Source: Vicinamibacterales bacterium
Lineage (GTDB): Bacteria; Acidobacteriota; Vicinamibacteria; Vicinamibacterales; UBA2999
Reading direction: 5' to 3'
Length of the DNA stretch: 64,000 nucleotides
NCBI GenBank assembly: GCA_035495795.1
Contig: DATJFF010000009.1
Span: forward strand, 9,394 to 73,393
Within the stretch, counting starts at the first letter, position 1; each line of letters begins with the position of its first letter. The position numbers and the translations under genes were made by a program. This document shows, piece by piece, positions 48,719-58,692 of this stretch. The notes below the pieces were generated by a model. That model did no database searches. It was not told the origin of the DNA and saw only the letters and a program-made list of their open reading frames with translations.

Positions 48719-50729
48719 ACTTCGCCGGGAGGCGGTACGCGACCAGCTCCCCCGAGTAGGTGCCGCCGCTGATGGCCACGACGAGATACTGACGGCCGTT
48801 CAGCATGTAGGTCATCGGCGAGCCAGTCTGGGGCGCGGGCATGTACACGGCGCCGACCTCCTGGCCGGTCGCCTTGTCGTAGGCGCGCAGCATTGCGCCG
48901 CGGACGCCGGAGGGCGTCGGTCCGAAGCTGCCCTCGCCGGCTATCACCAGCGTCTTCGTGACCAGCGTTCCGACGCTGCCGGTTCGCCCGGTGCGCGGGA
49001 TCTGCAGGCCCTTGAGCGCGGGGTGGTTGCGAATCACGTCCGGCGTCTCGCCGTGCGGGACCTGCCAGAGGAACTCTCCCCGTTTGAGATCGATGGCGGA
49101 GATTTGCCCGTACGGCGGCTTGATCAGCGGCAGTCCCTGGACCGTGAGGGTCGTGACCGCACTGCCGCCGTCGCTGCCTGCCGATCCGGAACCGCCGCTC
49201 CGCCGCACGCCAGTGGCCACGGTGCCCTGGTGATAACGAAAGTCCGTGATCTCGGGCGGTGGGGGCATCAGGCCCAGCGCGCTGACTTGTGCCTGTGACG
49301 AGACGTACAGCACCTGGGTTTCGGGATCGTACGAACCGCCCTGCCAGTTCGTGGCGGCGCCCTGGGCGGCCAGCGTGAGGGTCGCGATCGGCCCCTCGGC
49401 GCGGCTCACCGACGGCGGCGTGAACATCGGGCCGATGCGGTAGTGGGCGATCAGCCGTTCGGCCTCGCCACGCAGCTCCGGCGTGAAGTCGATCAGGAAG
49501 TCCTTCGAAAAACCCTGCCGCTCGTAAGCCGGGGGCTTCGTCGGAAACGGCTGCGTCGGCGAGTACCACTCGCCGGGTGTGTCGCCGCCCGGCGCCGGCC
49601 TCTCCTCGATCGGCCAGACCGGTTCGCCCGTCTCGCGGTTGAACACGTACACGAAGCCCTGTTTGGTGAGCTGGGCCAGCGCCTTGATCGGCCGGCCGTT
49701 GACGACGATGTCGGCGAGGATCGGCGCGCACGGAATGTCCATGTCCCAGATCCCGTGGTGCACGAGCTGGTAGTGCCATTTCCGCCGGCCAGTCCGGATG
49801 TCCACTGCGACAATGCTCTCGGCGAAGAGGTTCGCGCCGGGGCGGTGCCCGCCGTAGTAGTCGCCGGTCGGAAGCTCCACCGGCAGGTACGCAAGTCCGA
49901 GCGATTCATCGGCCGAGATCTGCGCCCAGACGCCGGTGTTGCCGGAATAGGCGTTCGAGCCGTCGAGCCACGTGTCGGCGCCGAACTCGCTCGGCCGCGG
50001 AATGGTGTGAAAGGTCCACAGCCGCTTGCCGGTGCGCACGTCGTAGCCGCGGACGTACCCCTTCACGTTGGTCTTGCTCTTGGGGTTCGCGCCGGTCTGG
50101 AACGCGGCGCCAACGATGATCACGTCGCGCGTGACGAGCGGAGTGGCGTGCAGGCCTACCGCGCCGCTCAGGGGATCGACGTCCTGATCGAAATCGCGCA
50201 TCAGATCGACCTGTCCGTCCAGGCCGAATCCGCCGAGCCGCGCGCCGGTCTGCGCGTCGAGCGCAACCAGGCGATAGCCCGGCGTGACGTAGTAGATGCG
50301 CGCGTCTCGACCGTCGGTCCAGTACGACAAGCCGCGCCCCGAGAACTGCCGCGGCGCGACGCTGCCGCGCTCGCCTTCGTCGAGGCTGTGCACCCACTTC
50401 AGCTCGCCGGTTGCAGCATTGAGCGCCACCACCGCCCGGCGCGTCCCGGCGGTGGAGTAGAGCATGCCATTCACCATCAGCGGCGTGGACTGGAAGACGT
50501 ACTCGGGCCGCGGTCCCAGGTTGTCGGTCTTGAAGCGCCACGCGACTTCGAGCCGGCCGAAGTTCGAGGCGTCGATTTCAGACAGGGGCGCGTAGCGCGT
50601 GTGGCCGAGATCGCCTCCGTACGATCGCCACTCCTGGCCGCTCGTGCCCGATTGAGCGCGCGGCGCGGCGGTGAGCGCCACTGCCGTCAGCGCGATCGCA
50701 ACGATTCGGGACAGTGGTAGACGCTTCAC
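48717..50729 (-). CDS. PQQ-dependent dehydrogenase (quinoprotein, glucose/sorbosone dehydrogenase-like beta-propeller), exported
   Basis: 670 aa. Signal peptide. N-terminal WRSYGGDLGHTRYAPL...VAWRF...STPLMVNGMLY and repeated W-motif propeller blades. Confidence 0.85.
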   Translation of the reverse strand: MKRLPLSRIVAIALTAVALTAAPRAQSGTSGQEWRSYGGDLGHTRYAPLSEIDASNFGRLEVAWRFKTDNLGPRPEYVFQSTPLMVNGMLYSTAGTRRAVVALNAATGELKWVHSLDEGERGSVAPRQFSGRGLSYWTDGRDARIYYVTPGYRLVALDAQTGARLGGFGLDGQVDLMRDFDQDVDPLSGAVGLHATPLVTRDVIIVGAAFQTGANPKSKTNVKGYVRGYDVRTGKRLWTFHTIPRPSEFGADTWLDGSNAYSGNTGVWAQISADESLGLAYLPVELPTGDYYGGHRPGANLFAESIVAVDIRTGRRKWHYQLVHHGIWDMDIPCAPILADIVVNGRPIKALAQLTKQGFVYVFNRETGEPVWPIEERPAPGGDTPGEWYSPTQPFPTKPPAYERQGFSKDFLIDFTPELRGEAERLIAHYRIGPMFTPPSVSRAEGPIATLTLAAQGAATNWQGGSYDPETQVLYVSSQAQVSALGLMPPPPEITDFRYHQGTVATGVRRSGGSGSAGSDGGSAVTTLTVQGLPLIKPPYGQISAIDLKRGEFLWQVPHGETPDVIRNHPALKGLQIPRTGRTGSVGTLVTKTLVIAGEGSFGPTPSGVRGAMLRAYDKATGQEVGAVYMPAPQTGSPMTYMLNGRQYLVVAISGGTYSGELVAYRLPAK

Positions 50730-50760
50730 GGCGTCATCCTACACCCCGGCGGTGGTGGGG

Positions 50761-50829
50761 GAAGGCAAACACGGAAGGCAAAAGGCAAAAGGCAAAAGGC
50801 AGAAGGCAGAAGGCAGAAGGCAGAAGGCA
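50761..50829 (-). repeat. Heptamer array, 9 units of (A/G)AAGGCA on the plus strand (TGCCTT(C/T) on the minus strand)
   Basis: GAAGGCA aacacg GAAGGCA AAAGGCA AAAGGCA AAAGGCA GAAGGCA GAAGGCA GAAGGCA GAAGGCA, read directly. Confidence 0.92.
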
Positions 50830-50943
50830 ACGCCCCGGTTGCTGACCACACGGGGCGTCGATCGAACCAGAGCGAAAAGAACCTGCGGAAGACAGCGACT
50901 GCGGGCCGGAAGGACCGCGTTCGGGACTGCTCAGTCCCGCCCG

Positions 50944-51022
50944 TGGTCCCCTCCCGATCAGCGAAGTCCCTCCCGGCCAGCGAGGCCCCTCCCGATTTGC
51001 GAAGCCAACCTCCCGGCTGGCG
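50944..51022 (+). repeat. Phased CTCCCG-box module (fourth occurrence)
   Basis: CTCCCG at 50951, 50970, 50989 and 51010 (spacings 19, 19, 21), each followed by a ..GCGAAG-like segment. It abuts the stop of gene 51027-52190. Confidence 0.8.
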
Positions 51023-51026
51023 CGCG

Positions 51027-52190
51027 TCAGCGTGAAGTGCGGGCGCGAACGTTGAGCGTCACGTTGAACTCCCCGCGGTTATCGGGAAGGTGGTCGTCGT
51101 TCACGCCAAGGTAGATCCTGCCGCTCACCGGCGCTGTCACCGTCGTGCGGTTGCCGATGAAGATCGGCGGGTACTCGTCGATCTTCGCAATCAGACCCCC
51201 GGCGAGCTGTCCCTGGATGGGCGCATCCGGCGCGGTCCGGCCGCGTCGCGATCCGGCCGGCGTCGCCGTGTCTCCGGCATCGTCGCTCATCTGGATTTCG
51301 CCCGAGGCGTTGATGGTGACGACCTCGCCGGCGCGGACGGTGACGCCGGTGTCGGTCCAGCGCTGCTGGGCGTTGACGCGGACCTGCTGCGGCCCATAGG
51401 ACTGCTCACCGCTCGTGCCCGTCACGCCAGCGGCCGAGAACTCACGTCGCGAGATCACGCCGTTCCGGTCGGCGTCGATCTCGGCAAAGCTCGGTCGCGA
51501 CCAGTGCCACTCGTTGCGCTCGAGGCTTCCGTTCCGGTTGTAGTCGAGGGTCTGGAACTCGTCGTAGTTCTCGAAACTGGGCTGCTGCCCGACTACTTCG
51601 TAGCGGCTCAACACCCCGTCGTTGTTGCGATCGAGCCAGCGGAAGTCGTCGAGGCTGCCATGCCATTCGTTGCGCGTCACCCGGCCGTCGTTGTTGGAGT
51701 CCAGGTCGTCAAATCGGTCGTCGCGATCATCGTCTCGATTCGCGCCCAGGAACTCGCCGACCGAGATCGCGTTGTCGCGATTGCGGTCGATCCGGCGGAA
51801 CGTCTCGAGATCGAAGTGCCACTCGTTAGCGGTCAGGCGGCCGTCGCGATTGTGATCGAGATCGTGAAACCCCTGCTCGGTCCAGCTGATCTCCCCCTCG
51901 TAACGGTTGGGCGGATGATCCGCCGTTCCGTAGTCGGTGGTGCGCTGGCCGCCAATGCGCAGTTCGTCGCCGCTCAGCACGCCATCGCCGTTCCAGTCGT
52001 GGTTGACGAAGGACTGGTTGGAGCCCGTCCACTCGTCGCGGGTAATACGACCGTCGTGGTTGGTGTCCATCGCTTCGAAGCGCATGCGCGAGGACTGTTG
52101 CCCTTCTGCGGAGGCAATCGGCCCTGCGGCCATGCCCACGGTCAGCAGAGTGGCGATCGAGCACGTCAGCACCAAAGGACGAGCACGCAT
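51027..52190 (-). CDS. Exported protein with eight EF-hand Ca2+-binding loops and a C-terminal PA-IL/LecA-like lectin-type domain
   Basis: The ORF track extends to 52241. ATG 52190 is preceded by GGGAGGAA. 387 aa. Loops DTNHDGRITRDE, DWNGDGVLSGDE, DHNRDGRLTANE, DRNRDNAISVGE, DSNNDGRVTRNE, DRNNDGVLSRYE, DYNRNGSLERNE and DADRNGVISRRE. The C-terminal ~110 aa (...VTVRAGEVVTINASGEIQMS...GRIYLGVNDDHLPDNRGEFNVTL) look lectin-like. Confidence 0.85.
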   Translation of the reverse strand: MRARPLVLTCSIATLLTVGMAAGPIASAEGQQSSRMRFEAMDTNHDGRITRDEWTGSNQSFVNHDWNGDGVLSGDELRIGGQRTTDYGTADHPPNRYEGEISWTEQGFHDLDHNRDGRLTANEWHFDLETFRRIDRNRDNAISVGEFLGANRDDDRDDRFDDLDSNNDGRVTRNEWHGSLDDFRWLDRNNDGVLSRYEVVGQQPSFENYDEFQTLDYNRNGSLERNEWHWSRPSFAEIDADRNGVISRREFSAAGVTGTSGEQSYGPQQVRVNAQQRWTDTGVTVRAGEVVTINASGEIQMSDDAGDTATPAGSRRGRTAPDAPIQGQLAGGLIAKIDEYPPIFIGNRTTVTAPVSGRIYLGVNDDHLPDNRGEFNVTLNVRARTSR

Positions 52191-52294
52191 GAGTTCGTTC
52201 CTCCCAGTTGGGACGATGCACAGTTCGTACCTGCATGGCACAGCCGAAGGGCTTCGCAGTTGACGAGCCGGGTCGATCGCCGCCAGACTTTCGC

Positions 52295-52930
52295 ATGCGC
52301 CAGATGTTCCGTTTCCTGTCTCTCGTTGCCGGACTCGCGGTTACGGCCGCGCCGGCATTCGCACAACAGTTCGAAGGCGTGGTGACGCTCAAGTTGGGCG
52401 GCGCAGCTGCCGCCGCTACCGTCTACGCAAAAGGCAACCGTGCTCGATACGAGATGGCCGCCGGCCCCAGGCAGATGGTGATGCTCGTCGATGGCACCGG
52501 CACGATGACCATGCTGATGCCGGAACAGAAGATGTACATGGTGATGAACCTCGCCGAGCAGGCGAAGAAACAGGCGGCAACCGGCACGATGGAGTTCAAG
52601 AAGACCGGCAAGCAGGGGAACTACGCCGGCTACGCGTGCGAGATGTACACGATGACTCACCCTCGCGGGGAGTACCAGTCGTGCATCACGAGCCAACTCG
52701 GCTTCCTCGGCGCCGACCTGACCGCTGGCTCCGGCTCCGGCCTGATCTCACCGGACGACGTGAAGCGGCTGCGCGCGCAGTTTCCGAACGGGTATTTCCT
52801 GCTGTGGATGTCGAGCGCCGACGGGAAAGTGCTCTTCGAAGTGACGAAGGTGGAGAAGACCCCGGTCGCCGACGACCGCCTGGCCGTTCCCGCCGGTTTC
52901 ACGGAGATGAAACGCCCCGGCCAGCACTGA
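52295..52930 (+). CDS. Exported hypothetical protein (DUF4412-like)
   Basis: The ORF track starts at 52208. ATG 52295 (MRQMFRFLSLVAGLAVTAAPAFAQ) gives 211 aa. Met-rich beta-type sequence with GNYAGYACEMY. The family name is from memory and tentative. Confidence 0.7.
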   Translation: MRQMFRFLSLVAGLAVTAAPAFAQQFEGVVTLKLGGAAAAATVYAKGNRARYEMAAGPRQMVMLVDGTGTMTMLMPEQKMYMVMNLAEQAKKQAATGTMEFKKTGKQGNYAGYACEMYTMTHPRGEYQSCITSQLGFLGADLTAGSGSGLISPDDVKRLRAQFPNGYFLLWMSSADGKVLFEVTKVEKTPVADDRLAVPAGFTEMKRPGQH

Positions 52931-52988
52931 TCCTGAATCCCATCACATCGCTGGTCACCGGCCCACGCCGGCGCTCCGCCGCCGACGC

Positions 52989-52994
52989 TAGAAT
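52989..52994 (+). promoter_or_regulatory. Candidate -10 box TAGAAT 6 nt upstream of the pepF ATG (possible leaderless transcript)
   Basis: gacgcTAGAATcgggggATG. No convincing -35 box and no Shine-Dalgarno at a usable distance. Confidence 0.25.
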
Positions 52995-53000
52995 CGGGGG

Positions 53001-54893
53001 ATGCTGACCACAGATGGGTTGATCCCCTCCCTCGCCCTGGCTGGACTGGCGCTGACCGCCGTGTCGCTCACCGCCGTGGCCCAGGAGCGCGACCGGACGA
53101 AGATCGAAGACAAGTACAAGTGGAACCTCGCCGACGTCTATGCGAGCGAAGCGGCGTGGCGCGCGGCCAAGGAGAAGCTCGCGGCCGAGATCCCGTCCCT
53201 CGACCAGTTCCGCGGCAAACTGACCTCGTCGGCGACGACCCTGGCCGATGCGCTGGACCGCCTCTACGCGCTCGACAAGGGACTGTCACGGCTGTCCGTC
53301 TACGCCGGCTCGCTTGCCGACCAGGACACCCGCGACCAGTCACACCAGGGGATGCAGCAGGAGATCGTTCAGCTCGGCGCCGCGTTCGGCGCCGCCGCGT
53401 CCTACGTCGAGCCCGAGATCCTCCAGGCCGACAAGACGAAGATCGAGTCGTTCATCTCGAGCGAGCCGCGCCTGAAGACCTACGCCTTCTACCTGCAGGA
53501 CGTGCTCCGCCGCGCCGCGCACACGCTCAGCCAGTCCGAGGAGAAGCTGCTCGCCGATGCCGGCCCCGCGATTGGCACGGCCGACAACGCCTACAACATC
53601 CTGTCGAACGCCGATTTTCCGTACCCGTCGGTGACGCTGAGCGACGGCAAGACCGTCAAGCTCGATCAGGCCAGCTTCACGGCGCTTCGCGCGCTCCCGC
53701 AGCGGGCCGATCGCGAAAAGGTGATGTCGTCATTCTTCACCGCGATCGGATCGTTCAGCCGTACCTACGGCACGACGATGAACGGGGAGGTGCAGAAGGT
53801 CCAGTTCCTCACCAAGGCCCGCAAGTACGCCTCGCCGCTGGAGTTCGCTCTCAACGGAGCGAATATCCCGACCGCGGTCTATACCCGGCTGATTGAAGGG
53901 GTGAACCGGAACCTGCCGGCCTTCCATCGCTACCTCAATCTGCGCAAGCGGATGATGGGGCTGAAGGACCTGCACTACTACGACCTGTACGCCCCGCTGG
54001 TCGGCTCCGTGAACTTGAAGTACACGCCTGACGAGGCTCAGGCGCACATCCTCGCGGCTGTCGCTCCGCTCGGTGAGGACTACCAGTCAACGATCAGGAA
54101 GGCGTTCAACGAACGGTGGATCGACCTGTATCCGAACGAGGGGAAGCGCTCCGGCGCCTACTCCAACGGCGGCGCGTATGACGTCCACCCCTACATGCTC
54201 ATCAACTACAACGGCCAGTACTCGGATGTCAGCACGCTGGCCCACGAGCTCGGCCACACGATGCAGAGCTACTACTCGAACAAGACGCAGCCCTACGCGC
54301 TTGCGAACTACCCGATCTTCGTCGCGGAGGTGGCCTCCACGTTCAACGAGTCGTTGCTGATCGATCACATGCTCAAGGCGATCAAAGACGACGACACCCG
54401 ACTGTCGATCCTCGGCAACTACCTGGAGAACATCAAGGGCACGGTGTTCCGCCAGACCCAGTTCGCCGAGTTCGAGCTGCGCATGCACGAGATGGGGCAG
54501 AAAGGCGAGCCAGTCACCGGAGACGCGCTGTCGGCCCTCTACATGGAGATCACGAAGCGCTACTACGGCCACGACCAGGGCGTGTGCATCGTGGACGACT
54601 ACATCCGCCACGAGTGGAGCTACGTCCCGCACTTCTACCGCGACTTTTACGTCTTCCAGTACGCCACGTCGTTCACCGCATCTGAAGCGCTGGCCCAGAA
54701 GGTGAAAGCCGGGAGCGCCGAGGCGACGAAGAAGTATCTGGCGTTCCTTTCCGCCGGCGGCTCGAAATACCCGATCGACCTGCTGAAGGACGCCGGCGTG
54801 GACATGACCACTGACGAACCGCTCGACCTCACCGTGAAGGAGATGAACCGGGTAATGGACGAAATGGAGCAGATCCTGTCGCGGCGGAAATAG
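53001..54893 (+). CDS. pepF: M3B oligoendopeptidase F, with signal peptide
   Basis: 630 aa. Zinc site [11 protein letters not shown] with a downstream E (...[11 protein letters not shown]). Family-typical N-terminal [10 protein letters not shown]. Confidence 0.9.
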   Translation: MLTTDGLIPSLALAGLALTAVSLTAVAQERDRTKIEDKYKWNLADVYASEAAWRAAKEKLAAEIPSLDQFRGKLTSSATTLADALDRLYALDKGLSRLSVYAGSLADQDTRDQSHQGMQQEIVQLGAAFGAAASYVEPEILQADKTKIESFISSEPRLKTYAFYLQDVLRRAAHTLSQSEEKLLADAGPAIGTADNAYNILSNADFPYPSVTLSDGKTVKLDQASFTALRALPQRADREKVMSSFFTAIGSFSRTYGTTMNGEVQKVQFLTKARKYASPLEFALNGANIPTAVYTRLIEGVNRNLPAFHRYLNLRKRMMGLKDLHYYDLYAPLVGSVNLKYTPDEAQAHILAAVAPLGEDYQSTIRKAFNERWIDLYPNEGKRSGAYSNGGAYDVHPYMLINYNGQYSDVSTLAHELGHTMQSYYSNKTQPYALANYPIFVAEVASTFNESLLIDHMLKAIKDDDTRLSILGNYLENIKGTVFRQTQFAEFELRMHEMGQKGEPVTGDALSALYMEITKRYYGHDQGVCIVDDYIRHEWSYVPHFYRDFYVFQYATSFTASEALAQKVKAGSAEATKKYLAFLSAGGSKYPIDLLKDAGVDMTTDEPLDLTVKEMNRVMDEMEQILSRRK

Positions 54894-54895
54894 CC

Positions 54896-57463
54896 ATGGT
54901 CGATGCGGTCGTCGTCGGCGCCGGTTTCGCGGGCCTGTACCTGCTCCATCGCCTGCGGGAGATCGGATGCACGGCGGTTGCCCTGGAGAGCGCGGATGAT
55001 GTCGGCGGCACTTGGTACTGGAACCGGTACCCGGGCGCGCGCTGCGACATCATGACCGTGGACTACTCGTACAGCTGGGATCCCGACCTCGAAGCCGAGT
55101 GGCAGTGGTCCGAGAAATACGCGACCCAACCCGAGATTCTCCGATACCTGCAGCACGTCGCCGACAAGCACGATCTGCGGCGTGACATCCGGTTCTCGAC
55201 ACGTCTCGAGCGCGCCGAGTGGCGTGACGACACCCAGTCGTGGACGGTGCGCACCAGCCACGGCGACGACATCACATGCCGCTTTCTCGTCATGGCCAGC
55301 GGATGCCTGTCGGTGCCAAAGGCCGCGGACGTCCCAGGCGTCGAACGGTTTGGCGGCGCCGTGTACTACACGTCGCGCTGGCCGCACGACGGCGTGGATT
55401 TCACCGGCCGCCGTGTTGCCGTGATCGGCACGGGATCGTCAGGGATCCAGTCGATTCCAATCATCGCGAAACAGGCCGCTGCGCTGACGGTGTTCCAGCG
55501 CACGCCGAACTTCTCGCGGCCGGCCAGGAACGGCCCGGTTCCGGAGGCGAAGATCGAAGCCTACCGCCGCGATCCCGCCGCCTACCGCGAGGCGGCGCGG
55601 TGGACCCGGCTGGGCGTGACGGTCCCGTCGATCGAAAAGAACACCCTCCAGGCGTCGGAAGCCGAGCGGCTCGCGGTTTACGAGGCGATGTGGGAATCCG
55701 GCGACCTGCTGCCGCCGCTCTTCCCGGACGTGCTGCTGAACGAGGCCGCCAACGAGACGCTGTGCGAGTTCCTGCGCGGCAAGATCCGATCGATCGTCAA
55801 GGATCCGGTGACGGCCGACACGTTGTGTCCGAAGGACCACTATTACGGCACCAAGCGGCCCTGCCTCGACTCCGGGTACTACGAGACGTTCAACCTTCCG
55901 CACGTCAGGCTCGTCGATCTGCGGACTACGCCGATCGTCACGATCACCGACGCCGGCATCGACACCACTGCGGGCTCGATCCCGTTCGACGCGATCGTGT
56001 TTGCGACCGGCTTCGATGCGATGACCGGGGCGGTCGTGTCGGCCGACGTCCGCGGCCGGAACGGCATGTCGCTGGCAGCGAAGTGGGCGGACGGGCCGCG
56101 GAATTACCTCGGACTGATGTCGGAGGGTTTCCCGAACTTCTTCACGATCACCGGACCTGGAAGTCCCTCTGTGCTCTCCAACATGGTGGTCTCGATCGAA
56201 CAGCACGTGGACTGGGTGATCGACTGCGTGCGTCACATGCGCGACCAGGGCGTGGTGATGGTCGAGCCCACCACCGCAGCCGAAGACGGCTGGGTGCAGC
56301 ACGTCAACGACTTCGGCGACCTGACGCTGTACCCGCGGGCGCGATCGTGGTACACGGGCGCCAACGTTCCCGGAAAGCCGCGAGTGTTTCTTCCATATGT
56401 CGGCGGCGTCGATGGCTATCGGCGCGTCTGCGGGGAGGTGAGCAGGCGCGGCTACCTGGGCCTGGCCTTCGACGGGCCGGGTGGGAAACGCTGCAACGAC
56501 GGCGTCATCTGCCGGTTGAAGCCCGACGTGCAGCTGATGCTGACGATGATCCAACGGCTGGGACTTCCGTCGTACGAGACGCTTCCCGTCGATGCCGCAC
56601 GCGCGCAGGCGAGAGCCGTTGCCGCGGCGCGTCCACCCGGACCAGAAGTCGGTGCGATCGCGGACGGGACGTTTCCGGGCGCAGCTGGCCAGCTGAGCTA
56701 TCGCGCCTATCGGCCTCCCACGCCCGGACCGCACCCGATCGTGGCGTACTTCCACGGTGGTGGGTGGGTGCTCGGTAGCGCCGAGTCCGACGCCCCTTTC
56801 TGCCGCGATCTGTGCGTGCGCAGCGACGCGATCGTGATGTCGATGAACTACCGCCATGCGCCAGAAGCGCGCTTCCCGGCGGCGGTGGAGGACGCGTGGG
56901 CTGCGGTCCGATGGATTGCCGCGCATGCGGAATCGCTCGGCGGCGCACCGGGGCGCCTCGCAGTGTGCGGATGGAGCGCCGGCGCAAATCTCGCCGCCGT
57001 CGTCTGCCAGCTCGCGCGCGACGCCGGAGCGCCGCGGATTGACGGGCAGGTGCTGGTCGCGCCGGTGATCGACGCCGATTTCTCGCGTCAATCCTGTACG
57101 GTCAACGGCGACGGTTACGGCCTCACGTCGGCGTTGCTGCGCTGGTTCTGGGATCAGTATGCCGACGAGCCCGACCGCACCGATCCGCGCGCCTCACCGC
57201 TGCAGGCGGCGGAGCTCGGCGGCCTGCCGCCCGCGCTCGTCGTAACTTGCGAGTTCGATCCGCTCCGCGACGGGGGCGCGGCCTATGCCGAGGCGATGAT
57301 TGCCGCCGGCGGCGACGTGCGGCACCTCGATTGCGCCGGGCAGATTCACTCGTCACTGCTGGCCGTCGGCGCGCTCCCCTCCGGCGCCCCGGCCCGGGAG
57401 GAGATGGCAACCGTACTCCGCCGCTTCCTTCGCGACACGATGGTCGCGTCGACCGCCAGCTGA
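54896..57463 (+). CDS. Fusion of a type I Baeyer-Villiger (flavin) monooxygenase and an HSL-family (family IV) esterase
   Basis: 855 aa, starting 2 nt after the pepF stop. BVMO part (about aa 1-530): [21 protein letters not shown], fingerprint [12 protein letters not shown], second Rossmann GTGSSG. Esterase part (about aa 545-855): HGGGW oxyanion motif, GWSAG nucleophile elbow, DPLRD, GQIH. Confidence 0.88.
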   Translation: MVDAVVVGAGFAGLYLLHRLREIGCTAVALESADDVGGTWYWNRYPGARCDIMTVDYSYSWDPDLEAEWQWSEKYATQPEILRYLQHVADKHDLRRDIRFSTRLERAEWRDDTQSWTVRTSHGDDITCRFLVMASGCLSVPKAADVPGVERFGGAVYYTSRWPHDGVDFTGRRVAVIGTGSSGIQSIPIIAKQAAALTVFQRTPNFSRPARNGPVPEAKIEAYRRDPAAYREAARWTRLGVTVPSIEKNTLQASEAERLAVYEAMWESGDLLPPLFPDVLLNEAANETLCEFLRGKIRSIVKDPVTADTLCPKDHYYGTKRPCLDSGYYETFNLPHVRLVDLRTTPIVTITDAGIDTTAGSIPFDAIVFATGFDAMTGAVVSADVRGRNGMSLAAKWADGPRNYLGLMSEGFPNFFTITGPGSPSVLSNMVVSIEQHVDWVIDCVRHMRDQGVVMVEPTTAAEDGWVQHVNDFGDLTLYPRARSWYTGANVPGKPRVFLPYVGGVDGYRRVCGEVSRRGYLGLAFDGPGGKRCNDGVICRLKPDVQLMLTMIQRLGLPSYETLPVDAARAQARAVAAARPPGPEVGAIADGTFPGAAGQLSYRAYRPPTPGPHPIVAYFHGGGWVLGSAESDAPFCRDLCVRSDAIVMSMNYRHAPEARFPAAVEDAWAAVRWIAAHAESLGGAPGRLAVCGWSAGANLAAVVCQLARDAGAPRIDGQVLVAPVIDADFSRQSCTVNGDGYGLTSALLRWFWDQYADEPDRTDPRASPLQAAELGGLPPALVVTCEFDPLRDGGAAYAEAMIAAGGDVRHLDCAGQIHSSLLAVGALPSGAPAREEMATVLRRFLRDTMVASTAS

Positions 57464-57470
57464 ATCCGCG

Positions 57471-57505
57471 TTTCTGCCTTCCGCCTTCTGCCTTTTGCCT
57501 TGCCT
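57471..57505 (+). repeat. Heptamer array TGCCTT(C/T), about 5 units, sense to the BVMO-esterase gene
   Basis: tttcTGCCTTCCGCCTTCTGCCTTTTGCCTTGCCtcc starts 8 nt after the stop. It is the reverse complement of the array at 50761-50829. Confidence 0.85.
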
Positions 57506-57537
57506 CCAGGTTGCTGGTTTTCCAGCAACCTGTTCGT

Positions 57538-58671
57538 TCATCGGGTCGCCGTGGCCGGCTCGCCGACGACTGGGTGCGACTGCGTGCCGATGCCTTCGAT
57601 GGCGCAGACCGCGGTGTCGCCGGCGCGCATCCAGCGCGGCTCGGCGCGCTCGATGTTGGTGCCCGCCGGGCTGCCGCCCGAGATGACGTCACCCGGCGAC
57701 AGGGTCAGGATGTTCGACGCGAACTCGAGCAGCTCGAAGATGTTGTGGCTCATCCGGCTGGTGTTCGAGTCCTGCATCACCTGGCCGTTCAGCGTGAACG
57801 TGTGGCGCACGTTCATCGGGTCCTTGACGAACTCCTTGGGCACGATGAACGGACCGAGCGGCCCGAAGGTGTCGTGGTTCTTCCCGACCAGCCAGTCCGA
57901 TCCGCCCATCTTCCGATCGCCGCGACCGCCGCGGTCCGAGACGTCGATCTGCACGGTGTAGCCGAAGATGTGATCGAGGGCGCGATCGGCGGACACGTAC
58001 TTCGCCGTCTTGCCGATCACCACGTCGAACTCGCATTCGAAATCGATGTTGGTGCGGCCGCGCGGCATCACGATTGGATCGTTGGCGCCGATCACCACCG
58101 TGGGTGATTTCTGGAACAGATACGGATTGTCGCGCTTGTCGCCGGCCTTGCGCTCCCAGATGCCTGGCGCTGAGGCCGCCGCAGACGCCGGCGTCGGCGC
58201 GGCGCCGGCGCGCTGCTGCTGAGCGGCGATGCCGTCGGAGTGTTCGACGTAGTTGCCGCCGGCATTGAGGATCAGCGTCGGCCGCACCGGCGGAAGAACC
58301 TTCAGAGTGTCGAGAGCGAAGACGTACGGCGGCGCGGTCTTCGCCGTGGAAACGTCTCGCGCGATTGCGCCAAGCCGATCCTTCCACCCCGTCTCATAGG
58401 CCGCGATGAGCAGCTTCATGTCGCCCGGGGCCGCCATCTTCGGCGCCGATGCATTGGCCGACTCGAACGCGGCATTGGCCGGTCCGATGTCCGCGATCTG
58501 GCTGTCCTTCAGCACGAGTCCGACAAACGCCTGCCCGCTGCGCTCGAAGGTGCCGAGCTTGAACGGCACCGGCGGCCCACCCGACTGGGCGTCGGTGTCG
58601 GCGCTGCAGGCCGCGGCCGCGGCTAAGGCAAGCGCGGCAAGGGAGACATTGAAGATTCGGGTCCTGGTCAT
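57538..58671 (-). CDS. Fumarylacetoacetate hydrolase (FAH)-family protein with an N-terminal export/lipoprotein-like signal
   Basis: 377 aa. Signal LAALALAAAAACS. FAH-family C-terminal domain (...IDFECEFDVVIGK...DVSDR...GKNHDTFGPLGP...LSPGDVISGGSPAG). Confidence 0.8.
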   Translation of the reverse strand: MTRTRIFNVSLAALALAAAAACSADTDAQSGGPPVPFKLGTFERSGQAFVGLVLKDSQIADIGPANAAFESANASAPKMAAPGDMKLLIAAYETGWKDRLGAIARDVSTAKTAPPYVFALDTLKVLPPVRPTLILNAGGNYVEHSDGIAAQQQRAGAAPTPASAAASAPGIWERKAGDKRDNPYLFQKSPTVVIGANDPIVMPRGRTNIDFECEFDVVIGKTAKYVSADRALDHIFGYTVQIDVSDRGGRGDRKMGGSDWLVGKNHDTFGPLGPFIVPKEFVKDPMNVRHTFTLNGQVMQDSNTSRMSHNIFELLEFASNILTLSPGDVISGGSPAGTNIERAEPRWMRAGDTAVCAIEGIGTQSHPVVGEPATATR

Positions 58672-58692
58672 CCTGAGTTCTCCGTTCCTGGT

